Shown: piece by piece, positions 45,661 through 60,244 of the stretch
Position numbering within the stretch: the stretch's first letter is position 1
How the letters are laid out: each line of letters starts with the position of its first letter
DNA from: Eledone cirrhosa
Taxonomy: Eukaryota
Assembly: GCA_964016885.1 (NCBI GenBank)
Contig: OZ024751.1
Location: 5,518,001 to 5,582,000 of the forward strand
Direction: 5' to 3'
DNA: 64,000 nucleotides
Program-made: the position numbers and the translations under genes
Notes under the pieces: model-generated
The model's input: the letters and a program-made list of their open reading frames with translations, nothing else
Database searches by the model: none
Told to the model about the DNA's origin: nothing

Positions 45661-45931
45661 GACATACACGCACACGCACAGATCTATATGCATTATTCTC
45701 TCTCAGACACTCTCTCCTTCGCTCAATTTCTCTCGCACTCTCACACCCACAAACACACACAAACTTTATATATGCATATATACATACACACACACACACA
45801 TATATATATACATATATGTGCGCATGTGTGTGTTTGAGTGTGTGTGTGTGTGAGAGAGAGAGAGGAATAGAGAGAGTGTGTGTGTGTGTGTGTGTGTCTG
45901 AGAGAGGGAGGGAGAGAGTGTGTGTGTGTGC

Positions 45932-45972
<41 letters not shown>

Positions 45973-46771
45973 TGTGTGTCTGAGAGAGAATAATACATTT
46001 TTGTTAAGATTTTTTCTGATCCATTACATTTTCTCCCCAGAAACCATTATACCTTCCCCAGAAAGACAACTCTAGATTCTTGTGAACAATTTCAATATTC
46101 TTTCCATTTCTTACATATCTATTTTGTGCTGGAAAGATAAAATTAAAAATATATTAAACTTGAAAATAGAAAAAAAAAAACAAAAAAAAACAATTAGTTT
46201 TTTTTTTTCTGTTATAATGTAAACAGTTTTATCTAAATTTCCACCCTGTTAAGACAGTTAAAAGTGTATAACTCTAGCAAAAAGACTATATTTTAATAGT
46301 GTAAATTATAAACGAATAAAAAATATGAATAAAATGAACGAATTAAAGAATTTCTAAAATTATTTTCAATTAATATAAATTATTTAATTATTACAATTGT
46401 TATCATTAAAAATAACTTCCAAAATGTGGCGACGTAGTAGCTGTGTGATTTGTTATTTTTATATAACTTAGAAATAGTGAAGCATTCGTTATAATAAAAC
46501 ATATGTGGCTGATGTTAAAGGTTACAGCTCTGCATCTAAATATCTGAAATGTTTCATAGGGGGAAAAAGCGCAGATTGTATGTTATGTTGCATATATGAG
46601 CCCGTAACTACTGACGGAGTCGAAGGGGCACCATATTGAGATACGGCATTTCTAGGGCTTTTTTAAAAACCTGGCGGAGCCCATTTCCTCTCCAGGTCTG
46701 AATACAGCAGATTTCTTCCAGAAAGGTTAGAGAGTGAGAGAATGGAAATGAGAAAGCGACATAGAAGAAGA

Positions 46772-46842
46772 ATCAACTCCAGTACTTGACTGGTGCTTAT
46801 TTATCAACCTCGAATAGATGAAAGGCAAAGTTGACCTCAACG
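46772..46842 (-). mobile_element. Decayed Deu/Nin-core SINE fragment
   Basis: CCAGTACTTGACTGGTGCTTATTTATCAACC..GATGAAAGGCAAAGTTGACCTC. Confidence 0.65.
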
Positions 46843-47402
46843 TACTTTGGAGACGAACCCACACATTTGGTTACCCAGATCAATGTGCTTACATTACACA
46901 AGTTAGTGGTAGCACATTTTCTTTAGTAGAAATACGACGGAAGTTCCTATTTCCAACCTAATCAAAACCTTATGTTTGTGGTGTTTTCATGTAGAAAATA
47001 TTAGTAACACTATCACTTCTATTTTTACAGAAACAGTTTATTGTGCTTCATAGATAGATGACATTGCACCAGTTTACTTTTGTTTCTCGGCAACATCCAT
47101 ACATGTACATGCTACATTACACACATCCGTCGAGATGGTCGGCGAAACTCTTAAAAGAAGAATTAGCTACGGTTGACCAGCAATATAGGAATTGTTCTCT
47201 AGACCGTTTGACTTTAACACCCTCGGTTTATACAGCTACGGTACATATTTTATGGGAACGAGAAGGAAATACATTTAACGATAAACGACTACAAATTGTC
47301 AATTATTAATTGGTCTCAATGCGATGTGATCCATGTCGTCAGGGAAACGCTGTTTAATATGTCAGCGGTGGACACAATACGTTTGTTATATACACACACA
47401 GA

Positions 47403-47493
<91 letters not shown>

Positions 47494-47499
47494 ACACAT

Positions 47500-47870
47500 A
47501 TTTATATAAAATTAGAATTTTATTTCTAACCCTAGCACAACTGATACGTAAATGTAAGTATGCTTACGTACACACACATATATATACATATACATATATA
47601 TACATACACACACACATATATACATATACATGTGTACGTATGGGTTATAACGAACATTAATCAAAATGTTCGATTCGTTTGTAAAGAAACGGCCCGATTT
47701 GAAGCTGTGCCGTGCCGGTGACCGATCGTCACCTGTTTGTTCAACACTGGCTTTGAGGAACAATAACATGTTTCTGGGTCATTACCCTTCATCAGGACTA
47801 TATACCTCTGCCAGTCTGTTCAACGGTTGAAAATATATAGTATTTTCTTAAGTATAGATCGACTGAATAT
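47500..47870 (-). mobile_element. PLE pLTR with HHR (47764-47799)
   Basis: Minus strand CTGATGA-AGGGTAATGACCCA-GAAACATGTT. Colinear with 17740-18105. Confidence 0.7.
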
Positions 47871-47974
47871 ATATATATGTATATATGTATGCAAAAGGTA
47901 AACATAAATAACAACACAATCGGTACAGTATATGGGGGCATTATATTAAGTTAACGCTTGAAATAGCAGCAAGA

Positions 47975-48015
47975 GTGTCTTAACGTTTCGGACGCTAGTC
48001 CTTCATCAGAAGAAA
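47975..48015 (-). ncRNA. Minimal hammerhead ribozyme
   Basis: TCTT-CTGATGA-AGGAC-TAGC-GTCC-GAAAC-GTT-AAGA. Confidence 0.85.
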
Positions 48016-49074
48016 GAATGAGAAATTAGAATGATTGAAGGGACGGGCGGGGTGGAGTGGAATTGGAAAAAAATGATTTTAGAGAAAAATAACAGGTCCA
48101 TTCATATTGCCATCGCTTGGAAAACTGTTGATGTTGGCGTTTTGTGTATAAAATATTTTTTTTTAGGAAAGTGGATGATGGAGTGCCTCCACATACAAAT
48201 GTATATTTATATATATGTGTGTGATTGTGTGTGTGTGTGATTGTGTGTGTGTGTGATTGTGTGTGTGTGTGATTGTGTGTGTGTGTGTGTGTGTGTAGCA
48301 AAATCCGTTTGAAAATAAAAAATGAAGACCAAATAGCCTTAAATCGGGAAAAGAACAGAAATATATTATTTATTCATATACGGAACAAAAACGCTACCCA
48401 TGGTTTCAAGAAGCAATATTTACCGTACCTCCAGAATACAAGATGCATCAAATTTGTGATCTTTCTTCAGGCGCTTATACGCTTTTATAAGATACTCTTA
48501 AAAGTAAAGTGTGTTAAAGACACTAGTTTGCGAAAAAAACAAACGTATTATACAAAAGAAAGGGAAATACCTACAAGATGTAAATTTGAAATTTGAAAGC
48601 ATACAAGTGTTTGTGTTGGTATACTATAGCAGAAGTATTATGTTATGTGGTGGAATGTAATATAGAAAGTGTGTTGTATTACATCCAACGTTAATTCAAG
48701 CTGTTCTTGTAGGATTAAAGGGAACTGCTCTCTCCAACAGAAATGTAATATCAAATCAATTGTGTATGAGGCAGATATCACACACAACTATATAGAAAGT
48801 GAGAGATAGGTTGATATGGTGCAAGGTCGTTTAAACAACGTTTTGACATTCATATAAACTACTTCAGAAATCCTGATATGAAGACCAGTACAGTCCTAGT
48901 GAAAAAGGCCTGGAAATTAAAGGAAAAACAAGTCCTACATAAGATTAATTATTCTTAAAGTTACTAATAAACATAAATATAATGATGCTATATTGATACC
49001 ACGTCCCTACTCCTTACACACACACACACACACACAAACATACACACACACACACACACACATATATATAGTTA

Positions 49075-50678
49075 AATCTTAGAGGCGGGGGAAAAAAGTG
49101 CATAGGAAAAGAGTTCCCAGGGTGTGGGGGAGTGGTGGAAAGACATTTAAAAGAAAGGAGGGGGGGGGAAACGATTTTTTTAGAAGTACAAATAAAATAA
49201 AAATCGTTATAGGTAATCCAGTTAGAGGTTGTGAGTACCCTGCGTCGTGGATAGTTTTAACGTACGGCTTTGTTTGACTCAACAAGAGGTTTCCATAGTT
49301 AGGCACCGAGGTCGCGGTAATTCCTATGTAGGTTATACTTGGAGTAATAATAGTGAAAGTTTGAAGAGTAACATGGTCGGTTGTACAACAGGGGGCTTTA
49401 TTTCAAGTATTAACAATTGTTTCATTGATCAGGTGAGTCTAGAGGGCGCTAATCGCTCGAAGTTGCGTCACTCGATCTCAAATACATTATTCACCTCTGA
49501 TCAAATCCCCAGAATACAAATAATTCATACATGGCGTGGTATATATAGAGAAATAGCGTAGAATTAAAACAATAACATCAATAATAAAATATATATGATA
49601 AATAGGTAAAGAAGTTACAGATGTAAAAAGTAAAAAGTAAGAGAAAAGATACAATAAAAAAGTAAGAAAATGGAAAAATAATAAAAATATAAAGAAATAA
49701 AGATAAATGAGAGTATATAAGTACAGAATATGATAGTGGTGGTGGTGAGTAAGTGTCCGTCAAAGAATGCTGTGGTGGATGTAGGGCTAACACAAAAAGC
49801 CATATTCGAAACATACATAGAGGTAGTAACAAATGACATTGAAGAAAAATCAATAAATCAGAAACTAAGTGGGAGGTAGTAGTATGAGACCCAAGGGTTA
49901 CGGGTGGATGGTGAAGGGGAGTTTTTGCCAAGTGTGTGTGGTAAATGTTTTTCTGATTGTCTTGTCTTAATGGCGTTGATGTAGTTTCAGGGAGAGAGGG
50001 TGAAGGAGATGTTAAGAGATTTATGATCTAGTGACCAGTGGGCTGTTTGACAGCTAATAGTGGTTTGATGGTATGTATTCCGTACGTTAAAATCCAGGTG
50101 GTTCAGTTCTAATTTTGGGATTGCTGGGTCGAATCACGGTGGTTTGAAATTTGTGAACTTGGTAGCTATTTTGTGCGTACAGAAAATTGATCTTTCTATT
50201 TTGCTGTTAAGCAGCATCTTATCGTACCTTAAAATATGGAATAGCTCCATATGGCAAAGTCTGCAGTGGGACATCCCATTGTGGTAGGCCCTTGCTCACG
50301 ATAATTTTGACCAGCTAATCCTATATTCCTGGTTTGTGTTGTTAAGCTGCCACATTTTATTGGTGAGCGTTGTAGAGTTCTCCAGTCTACGGTTCTTCAT
50401 GGAGTGTCTGTGAAGGTACCACTTTTTTAACTCCCCAGGAGTGGGACCTATGTAGTGCCAAGTAAATTTGCCTGAATTTATAGTACACAGGTACATCATA
50501 CTTGAATCCAGGCATCTATTTTGTAGCGGGCACTTATCCGGTAGGTGGCAGTTACAGTTGGAGGCTTTTCTGTGTGCAGGTTCTCCGTTGCGATTTTGCA
50601 TGTTGTTATGAGTGGGTTGAGATGTAGTCCTATTAATGTTTTGTTGTGAGGCGCCCTGATGTGTGTGGTGTCCCTACT

Positions 50679-50680
<2 letters not shown>
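49075..50680 (-). mobile_element. 5'-truncated PLE related to 42775-45103
   Basis: 49200-49500 is colinear with 42800-43090, and a GIY-YIG remnant is present. Confidence 0.85.
50134..50601 (-). pseudogene. GIY-YIG endonuclease remnant with one in-frame stop
   Basis: CNCHLPDKCPLQNRC..WHYIG..ISWSKLS*ARAYHNGMSHCRLC..IERSIFCTHKIATKFTNFKPP. Confidence 0.88.
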
Positions 50681-50719
<39 letters not shown>

Positions 50720-50722
<3 letters not shown>

Positions 50723-51112
50723 TATGTATACGTACATACATATATGTATACATACGTACAGTAGTATGTATATATGTATACATAAGTGCACACATATATA
50801 TATGTACGTATGGATTCACCGAACATTTATTATAATGCTCGGTGTGTTTGTAAACAAACAGCGTTCCTTTGTCAGTGTTGAACAAATGAGCAACGATGGT
50901 TGCTAGACACTGTACGGCTTAAATCGGGATGTTTGTTTACAAACACACCGAGCATTATAATAAATGTTCGGTGAATCCATACGTACATATATATATATGT
51001 GTGCATGTATGTATATATATATACATACTACTGTACGTCTGTATACATACTTATATTTAAGTAACAGCTGTACTAAGTGTGAGAAATGAAATTTTGTTTC
51101 ATTTTTTCCGTT
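50720..51112. mobile_element. Palindromic pLTR end (arms ~50720-50860 / 50930-51052; tail to 51112)
   Basis: GGATTCACCGAACATTTATTATAATGCTCGGTGTGTTTGTAAACAAACA and its exact reverse complement. Confidence 0.85.
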
Positions 51113-51126
51113 TATATATATATATA

Positions 51127-51730
<604 letters not shown>

Positions 51731-52708
51731 TGTATATATATATGTATATATATATATAAATAAATAAATATATATATACATATACATATATATATATGTA
51801 TATATATACCGGTTATATATAAATATATATATAAGTATTGAAGTTTCCGTTGAAAAAGTCAGAGGAATGAAGAGCGCTAAATATAAATATTTATTGTAAA
51901 ATAAACAATACTATATAATTACCTCATTACCGAGGTTTCTCGAATAAGACGGATACAAGAAACGTCCGCATTCATTCGTCAGACAAGGCAATTTAAACAT
52001 AGTCAGATATTTGAAATATCTCCCCAAGAAAGGCTAAAAAAGTTTAACGGGCAAAAAATAAATAGAAGTAATAATACAAGAAATGTTTAAAAAATAAAAA
52101 TAAAGAAACATAGTAAGGGGATGTGTGTAAATGTGTGTATATGCACATACATATGTACATATGTACATGTGTGTGTATGTACAACTGCATGAGTATAGTG
52201 AAGAAATGTGTGCGTAAGTACATACATGAGGGCAAACATATTAGTGTATGTGTGACCACAAATGCATATATATATGTTGAAAATAGAAATTGTAAGATAA
52301 TGAAGGTAGCGTACATACAGGCTCAGGGACTAAGGGCTGAAATATATACACATAAAGGATAAAAGGACGCACGCATATAAACATACACACACGCGCAACC
52401 ACATACATGTATGTGATATATAAGGGGAAGCGAATGTATAAAGACAACGCAGTGTCAGGCGGAAGGTCGATACAAATATAAAATATGATGAATAAATGAA
52501 AAAATATATAAGATAAGAATAAAAAATTAAGGCAAAGAGAAAGTAAGAGGGAGGGGTTGTAATATATAAAGCAACACTAGAAAAATAAATAAAAAGTAGA
52601 AAACATGCATACACGCGAACAAGCTCATACACGCATACATATATAAATAAATATACATACAGACAAAAACACGTGTACAAAAGAATACATACACATACAC
52701 ACATACAT

Positions 52709-52754
<46 letters not shown>

Positions 52755-52755
<1 letters not shown>

Positions 52756-53213
52756 ACATATTAATAAATGGAAACTATATTTATAAAACCATAATTATTT
52801 TATTATATATATTTCAAGGGCAACCAAGCCAATCTTGGTGCGCTTTCATCAAATAAAATACAAAATTTGTTTTATAAATAGTGACAAAACCATGGAAAAC
52901 AACATTGACGGTGAACATTCACTGGAGAGTCATATATATATATAGTCACTATCCACCGAATTTTCAAGCGTCAAGGTTGTTTTCCATGGTTATGTCACTA
53001 TTTATAAAACAAATTTTGTATTTTATCTGATGAAAGCGCACCAAGATTGGCTTGGTTGCCCTTGAAATATATATAATAAAATAATTATGGTTTTATAAAT
53101 ATAGTTTCCCTTTATTAATATATTGAATATTTACTCCAGTAAACTGTTGAGTCCTCTATAGTAGTTATAAACTTTTAAGTTTGTTGGAATCCCAACAAAT
53201 TAAATATAACTCC

Positions 53214-53215
<2 letters not shown>
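52755..53215. mobile_element. Nested palindromic pLTR (arms 52758-52910 / 52969-53123; tail to 53215)
   Basis: CTGATGA at 53027-53033. Family of 13291/24930/55389. Confidence 0.88.
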
Positions 53216-53257
<42 letters not shown>

Positions 53258-53750
53258 CATGGACATCTATTCACACGCACGCACGCGACCATATATATAT
53301 ACATTAGTATATATATATGTGAAAACACATGTACATACACGCACACACACACACACATATGCACACATACACGCACGCATACGAATGCCTTCGTATATAT
53401 AGAGATACACGTATACACACATATACACACATACGCATACATACCTATATATATAAAAATAACAACAACCGTTTGAATAAATCGGTACAAAATATAAGTA
53501 AGTATACATACATAAAAACGGCTGAGGGACAACGGAAAATATCTGGAGTTAAAAACACAACTGGTAGTGAAAGAAAAAGGGGAAGTAAAATAAATGTAAA
53601 TAATGTATAATTGTTAAGATATAAAGTTAATGAATCAAATAGAGGGTGGGAGGGGGGATTCACTAGTGGATGTAAAGTAAAAATAAAAGATATGTAAAAC
53701 TGATAGAAGTCTATAAAGAAGGTTAGATAAGGAAATTGAAGAACAAGAGT

Positions 53751-53999
53751 TTATGGAGGATAAGTGTCTGAAAGTGAGTTTAGTTTATATGAGTTGGAAA
53801 GCAAGTGTGATTTCACGCGTGGGTAACTGGTGAAAATTTCTGGTTTTGCATTTAGGCAGGTTTTTAGTGATTTTAGGTTCTGTAAAATCCAATATTTTTC
53901 ACTTATGCAGAGTGCGCATCTACTTGTTCCTCTTGCGTATTCTTTAGATTGGTTCAAAATTGACCAATCTAATTTATACTGGATACCTTGGTCCTTCAA
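53751..53999 (-). pseudogene. GIY-YIG C-terminal fragment (inverted twin at 54058-54303)
   Basis: WDLKDQGIQYKLDWSIL..CALCISEKYWIL..LNAKPEIF. Confidence 0.85.
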
Positions 54000-54731
54000 A
54001 TCCCATATTTTACTTATCTTTTATTTTTTTATACATTTCTTGTATTATTACTTTTATATGGGATTTGAAGGACCAAGGTATCCAGTATAAATTAGATTGG
54101 TCAATTTTGAACCAACCTAAAGAACACGCAAGAGGAACAAGAAGATGCGCACTCTGCATAATTGGATTCTACAGAACCTTAAATCACCAAAACCCTGCCT
54201 AAATGCAAACACAGAAATGTTCACCAGTTGCCCACACATGAAATCACATTTGCTTTCCAGCTCATATAAACTTAACTCACTTTCAGACACTTATCCTCCA
54301 TAAACTCTTGTTCTTCAATTTCCTTAACTTACCTTCTTTATAGAATTCTCAATCAGTTTTACTAATCTTTTATTTTTACTTTACATCCATCTATTTGATT
54401 CATTAACTTTATATCTTAACAATTATACATTATTTACATTTATTTTACTTCCCCTTTTTCTTTTACTACCAGACATCACATGTCAGTTGTGTTTTTAACT
54501 CCAGATATTTTCCGTTGTGCCTCAGCCGTTTTTATGTATGTATACTTGCTTATATTTTGTACCCATTTATTCAAACGGTTGTTTTTTTTTATATATGTAT
54601 ATATGCGTATGTGTGTATATGTGTGTATACGTGTGTATGCAATTATGTACATGTGTTTTCACATATATATATATATATATAGTAATATATATATATGTGG
54701 TCGCGTGCGTGCGTGTGAATAGATGTGCATG

Positions 54732-54765
<34 letters not shown>

Positions 54766-54772
<7 letters not shown>

Positions 54773-55300
54773 ATACTTTGGGAGGGTCATGTTGCCAATA
54801 AGAAACACACGTACCAATTGCTTTCACTCCATTTATATTATAAATTAAATTAATACATTTAAGAATTTATAAATTTTCGGTTGGTTGGTTGGTTCCACAA
54901 CCGGACGGTTGTTCATATATTGTTGTTCATATAGCTGTGCTACGCCATCTTGTTCTGTCCTACGCCATCTTATTTAAAAAAAAAAGAAGATGGCGTCGGA
55001 CGGAACAAATGAGAGGTACAAAACAAAGAGAAGAATCCCCAGTCACTAAAGAGGTCACAGAATGTGTGACGAAAGAACTTTGACAATATATGAATAACCG
55101 TCCTGTTGCGGAACCAACCAACCAACCAACCGGAAATTTATAAATTCTTAAATTTATTAATTTAATTTATAATAAATTGGAGTTGAAGCAATTGGTGCAT
55201 GTGTTTCTTATTGGCAACATGATCCTCTCAAAGCATAACAATATCGGTTTCAACACACGTTTTTAGATAAAGAATCTTGCTAAACAATTTCAGAAACGAA
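54766..55300. mobile_element. Nested palindromic element (arms 54766-54922 / 55084-55242; extension to 55300)
   Basis: Inverted arms with (GGTT)n/(AACC)n. Family of 9533-9712. Confidence 0.8.
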
Positions 55301-55388
<88 letters not shown>

Positions 55389-55391
<3 letters not shown>

Positions 55392-56183
55392 AAAGTTCTA
55401 TTTAAAATTGTTGGGATACAACAAGTAAATATTTTTATAACTGATACAAAGCACTCGACAAGTATTTGGAGTAAATATACGATATTAATAAATGGAAACT
55501 ATATTTATAAAACCATATTTATTTCATTATACATATTTCAGGGATACCAAATTAAATTATGGTATGCCTTCATCAGACAAAATACAATATATAACAGTTT
55601 TACAAATAAGCTTTGACGTACCCTATTAAAATGCAACCATTGTTTTTGGAAGCCATCCGGATAGTGATTTGTTTATATTACTTTAATAAATCATAGTGTT
55701 AAGGACAATTAGAAAAAGACGGAGAGAAAGAAAAAGACGGAGGGAAAGAAAAAACGTGGAGAAATATCGGAGAGAGAGAGATGCATGGAGAAAAAAGAAA
55801 GAGATAAGTAAAGACAGGAGGAAAGGAAGAAAGAAGAAAAAAGGAAGAAATAAGAAAAACAGAGGAAAGCAACAGAGAGACATTAAGTCAACAGATAGGT
55901 AGAAAAACTCAAGAGAGAGAAATATTATATATAGAGAGAGGGAGATTATGAAAACTTTACGTCATGTCATATTAAGTTGAGTTAACAATTCATATGAAAT
56001 GAATAATAAAAATATAAATATTAATATTCATGAATGGGACATAAATATATAATATGAGAAATTAAACATTGTTTAATAATGACTATATGTTTAGTTTAAA
56101 CCTTGAGATCAATATACCAAAATTTGGGTTTAATCTCCAAAATGTACATATTGCTAGAGAATCAGTATCTCAGGCAAAGACAC

Positions 56184-56233
<50 letters not shown>

Positions 56234-56527
56234 GCACGTCCTGAAAATATCGTTTTTTTCTTTCTCTCCGTCTTTTTCTTTCTCTCCGTCTTTTTCTAAT
56301 TGTCCTTAACACTATGATTTATTAAAGTAATATAAACAAATCACTATCCGGATGCCTTCCAAAAGCAATGGTTGCATTTTAATAGGGTACGTCAAAGCTT
56401 ATTTGTAAAACTGTTATATATTGTATTTTGTCTGATGAAGGCATACCATAATTTAATTTGGTATCCCTGAAATATGTATAATGAAATAAATATGGTTTTA
56501 TAAATATAGTTTCCATTTATTAATATC

Positions 56528-56530
<3 letters not shown>
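55389..56530. mobile_element. Nested palindromic PLE end (shared arms 55478-55757 / 56250-56530; tail 55389-55477)
   Basis: TCATCAG 55570-55576 (-), CTGATGA 56432-56438 and GAAA 56469-56472 (+). Confidence 0.9.
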
Positions 56531-56593
<63 letters not shown>

Positions 56594-57398
56594 ATATGTA
56601 TGTATGTGTGTATGTGTATGTATGCTTTTGTGCACGTGTTTTTGTCTGTATATATATTTATATATATGCATGTATGTATGAACTTGTTCACGTGTATGCA
56701 TGTTTTCTACTTTTTATTTAATTTTTCTAGTGTTGCTTTATATATTACAACCCCTCCTACATACTTTCTCTTTGCCTTACTTTTTTATTCTTATCTTATA
56801 TATTATTTCATTTATTCATCATATTTTATATTTGTATCGACCTTCCGCCTGACACTGCGTTGTCTTTATACACTCCCTTCCCTGTATATATCACATACAT
56901 GTATGTGGTTGCGCGTGTGTATATGTTTTTATGCGTGCGTCCTTTTATCCTTTATGTGTATATATTTCAGCCCTTAGTCCCTGAGTCTGTATGTACGCTA
57001 CCTTCATTATCTTACAATTTCTATTTTCAACATATATATAGTATTTGTGGTCACACATACACTAATATGTTTGCCCTCACTGATTTCACTATACACATGC
57101 AGTTGTATATACACACACATGTACATATGTACATATGTATGTGCATATACACACATTTAAACACATCCCCATACTATATTTCATTATTTTTATTTTTTAT
57201 ACATTTCTTGTATTATTACTTTTATTTATTTTTTGCCCGTTAAACTTTTTTAGCCTTTCTTGGGGAGATTTTTCAAATATCTGACTATGTTTAAATTGCC
57301 TTGTCTGACGAACGAATGCGGACGTTGCTTGTATCTGTCTTATTCGGGAAACCTCTGGTAATGAGATAATTATATTGTATTGTTTATTATACATTAAG

Positions 57399-57433
<35 letters not shown>

Positions 57434-57443
57434 ATATATATAT

Positions 57444-58010
57444 GAAAAGTGTAATTTACTACACAAAACGAAGGTTATAGAGAAAATTGAGGTTGATAAT
57501 GGCACATGGAATATATAAGAGACAGAATACTTTTTTGTGAAAACCATATCATTTTATAAGGTAAGGAAATAATAAAGGGTATAAAAAATGACCGCTTTCG
57601 ATGGGTCTGCAAAAGCCATCTTTTCAAATGTTGATTAATATTAAGAAAAATTAATAATAAGAAGAGTTAAAATTTGAGATTTGAAAATTCAAGTATAAAA
57701 TTCATTGTGGGATTTCATAGTAGTTTTCATCTTGGTAGCCGCAAGTTGACTGCTGTGTGCCTTTCTGGTTCGTCATTCACTACCAGAATTCACTACTTGA
57801 ATTTTCAAATCTCAAATTTTAACTCTTCTTATTATTATTTTTTCTTAATATTAATCAACATTTGAAAAGATGGCTTTTGCAGACCCATCGAAACCGGTCA
57901 TTTTTTATACCCTTTATTATTTCGTTACCTTATAAAATTATATGTTTTTTCACAAAAAAGTATTCTGTCTCTTATATATTCCATGTGCCATTACCAACCT
58001 CAATTTTCTC
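57444..58010. mobile_element. Palindromic pLTR (arms 57480-57695 / 57793-58010) with U3-A8 HHRs
   Basis: TTGAAAA-GATGG..CCATC-GAAA-CCG-GTC at 57862-57899, with an inverted twin at 57588-57627. Confidence 0.88.
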
Positions 58011-58044
58011 TCTCTATATATATATTTATATATATATATATATA

Positions 58045-58160
58045 TATTTAATGTATAATAAACAATACAATATAATTACCTTATTACCAGAGGTTTCCCG
58101 AATAAGACGGATACAAGGAACGTCCGCATTTACTCGTCAGACAAGGCAATTTAAACATTG
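58045..58160 (-). repeat. Inverted copy of 57287-57400 (HHR-bearing end)
   Basis: TCGTCAG 58134-58140 and TTTC 58094-58097. Confidence 0.85.
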
Positions 58161-58267
58161 TGTATACTCTGGTATACTTTGTGTATACTCTGGGAATGTA
58201 TCTTACATTTCCCATGGAGTGCGCTGAGATACAACCGGTTCTGTCAACCCATATTATATATATATAT

Positions 58268-58942
58268 ACTAGCTAAACAACCCGTGCTTTGGACGGTTCA
58301 AGTAGCTTTCGATGTAGCTCATTAAACTAAACAAAGTAAATTTGAAAACATAGAAGAAAAACGTACTTTATGTAAACATGAAAACCTTAGGCACTATTCC
58401 AGCGAAATAATTAATATGTGTCAGAAACGTAGTCTAATCAATGCGAAAAAATAGAATAATTGTAATTCTTTGATGTATAAACCATCCTTTAGATACATTT
58501 AAGCATAATATTGTAAATGTTATGAGAAAAGTTATGAGATCAGTTAACATGAACATCAAGCTTTTAACTTAGTAATCTGTTAGAAATTGCCGGTTGTGAA
58601 ATATACGAAATGATATTGTTATTATCTTTGTTTCAAGTAGAAAGAGTAAATTAAAACCCGAATGAGGCTAATTACGAAAGATAACTCTTTATTAGGAAAG
58701 ATAACTCTTGTCTTACTTAATCACGAAAATCCACACAAATAACCGAAACTTTTTTATGTTTCCAAAGGCCCCAATATCGAATTTTGAAAACCTTTGTAGA
58801 TCATGTACAGGTTTTGTGCAAGGAGAAGCTCTGTAAAAAATTTCAAAGAAATCGCATGAATGGTTTAGAATATATGAGCCCTCATTAAAAAAGATCGACA
58901 CACATATACACATATACACATACATACAGAAATTTTCAGATT

Positions 58943-58947
<5 letters not shown>
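58268..58947 (-). mobile_element. Probable non-autonomous Helitron-derived element
   Basis: ACTAG terminus with adjacent hairpin CCGT-GCTTTGG-ACGG. The other end has AAATTTCAAAGAAATCG..GGTTTAG and an ACATAC microsatellite, a layout I associate with Helitron-derived repeats. Confidence 0.5.
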
Positions 58948-59007
<60 letters not shown>

Positions 59008-59017
59008 TATATATATA

Positions 59018-59114
<97 letters not shown>

Positions 59115-59116
<2 letters not shown>

Positions 59117-59457
59117 TGATGGTAGCTAAGATGCTTCCATGGCGGTATACCGGTTGAGCACTCTATGCTCTTACAGAGCAGAGTATGACAGAATAGAAAA
59201 CAAAAATCAGTGATGCATCTGAACTCAATTTATTGTGTGTTACATTTGTTTCCCCGGCGGACAGCTCGAGACGCGATCATTTTGGGATACACCAGTGAGA
59301 GAATATGCTCCGAAATCATTAGACGTGTCCGTCAAACCTGCGGCTCCAGAATCTCAGACAGACCCACACAATGATCGCGTCTCGAGCAGTCCGCCGGGGA
59401 AACAATTGTAACACACAATAAATTGAGTTCAGATGCATCACTGATTTTTCGTTTTCT

Positions 59458-59462
<5 letters not shown>
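59115..59462. mobile_element. Palindromic pLTR (arms 59190-59288 / 59362-59462; tail 59115-59189)
   Basis: Inverted arms, a GAAACAATTGTA HHR half with degenerate core, and AATAAA. Confidence 0.8.
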
Positions 59463-59500
<38 letters not shown>

Positions 59501-59714
59501 GCACTTATGTATATACACATAACCGTGTGTGATCTAAACTTCATTATTTCAATTAAATGGCATTGGTTAGTTGGTCGGCCATTATTCATTAAAATGTTTT
59601 AGTTTCTATCAATAGGTTAGCATTAATTCGAGATATAATAGCTTTAAATAGGAGTTGATATATATCTTTTGAAAAAAAATACTAATGGTGCCGCCATTTT
59701 GTTTATTTTGTTAT

Positions 59715-60010
59715 GTTGTTACTGTCGCCGCCACTATTGCTGCAGCTGTTGCTATTGATATTACTACTGATGCTCTTGCCGCTCCTATTTCTGCTGCTGC
59801 TGCTGCTACTATTGCTGTTGCTACTGCTACTGCTGTGCTTTTACTGCTGCTGTTACTGCTGCTGCTGCTGCTATTGTTGCTACTGTTGCTGTTGTTGCTA
59901 CAGCTGATTCTGATGCTACTACTGCTACTGATGCTGTTGCTGCTTCTATTGCTACTACTACTATTTCTGCTACTACTACTGTTCCTACAATAGCTGCTAC
60001 TGCTGCGGCT

Positions 60011-60081
<71 letters not shown>

Positions 60082-60094
60082 GCTGTTGCTTATG

Positions 60095-60126
<32 letters not shown>
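59715..60126. repeat. (CTG/CTA)n triplet low complexity
   Basis: Direct reading. Confidence 0.9.
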
Positions 60127-60127
<1 letters not shown>

Positions 60128-60244
60128 AAATATTCTAACGTTATACGATATTACCTTTTGATCTTTAGATAATAAACACTAGAATAAACACAACCGAGGA
60201 ACAAGCAGAACAAAAAGAATACCCTCCCCTCCCCTTCCTCCCTC

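Larger units (their letters stand above)
51835..57395. mobile_element. Large head-to-head PLE palindrome: left arm (-) 51835-52720 + 53215-54005, right arm (+) 54058-54745 + 56575-57395
   Basis: Segment-by-segment reverse complementarity. GIY-YIG C-terminus at the centre of both arms. HHR CTGACGA at 51976-51982 (-) and 57305-57311 (+). Confidence 0.9.

Noticed and set aside
50294-50300. In-frame TGA in a PLE ORF as selenocysteine (known in some Naiad PLEs)
   Set aside because: It aligns to a non-Cys position of the paralogous ORF 43957-44976, is best explained by CGA>TGA decay, and no SECIS was recognised.
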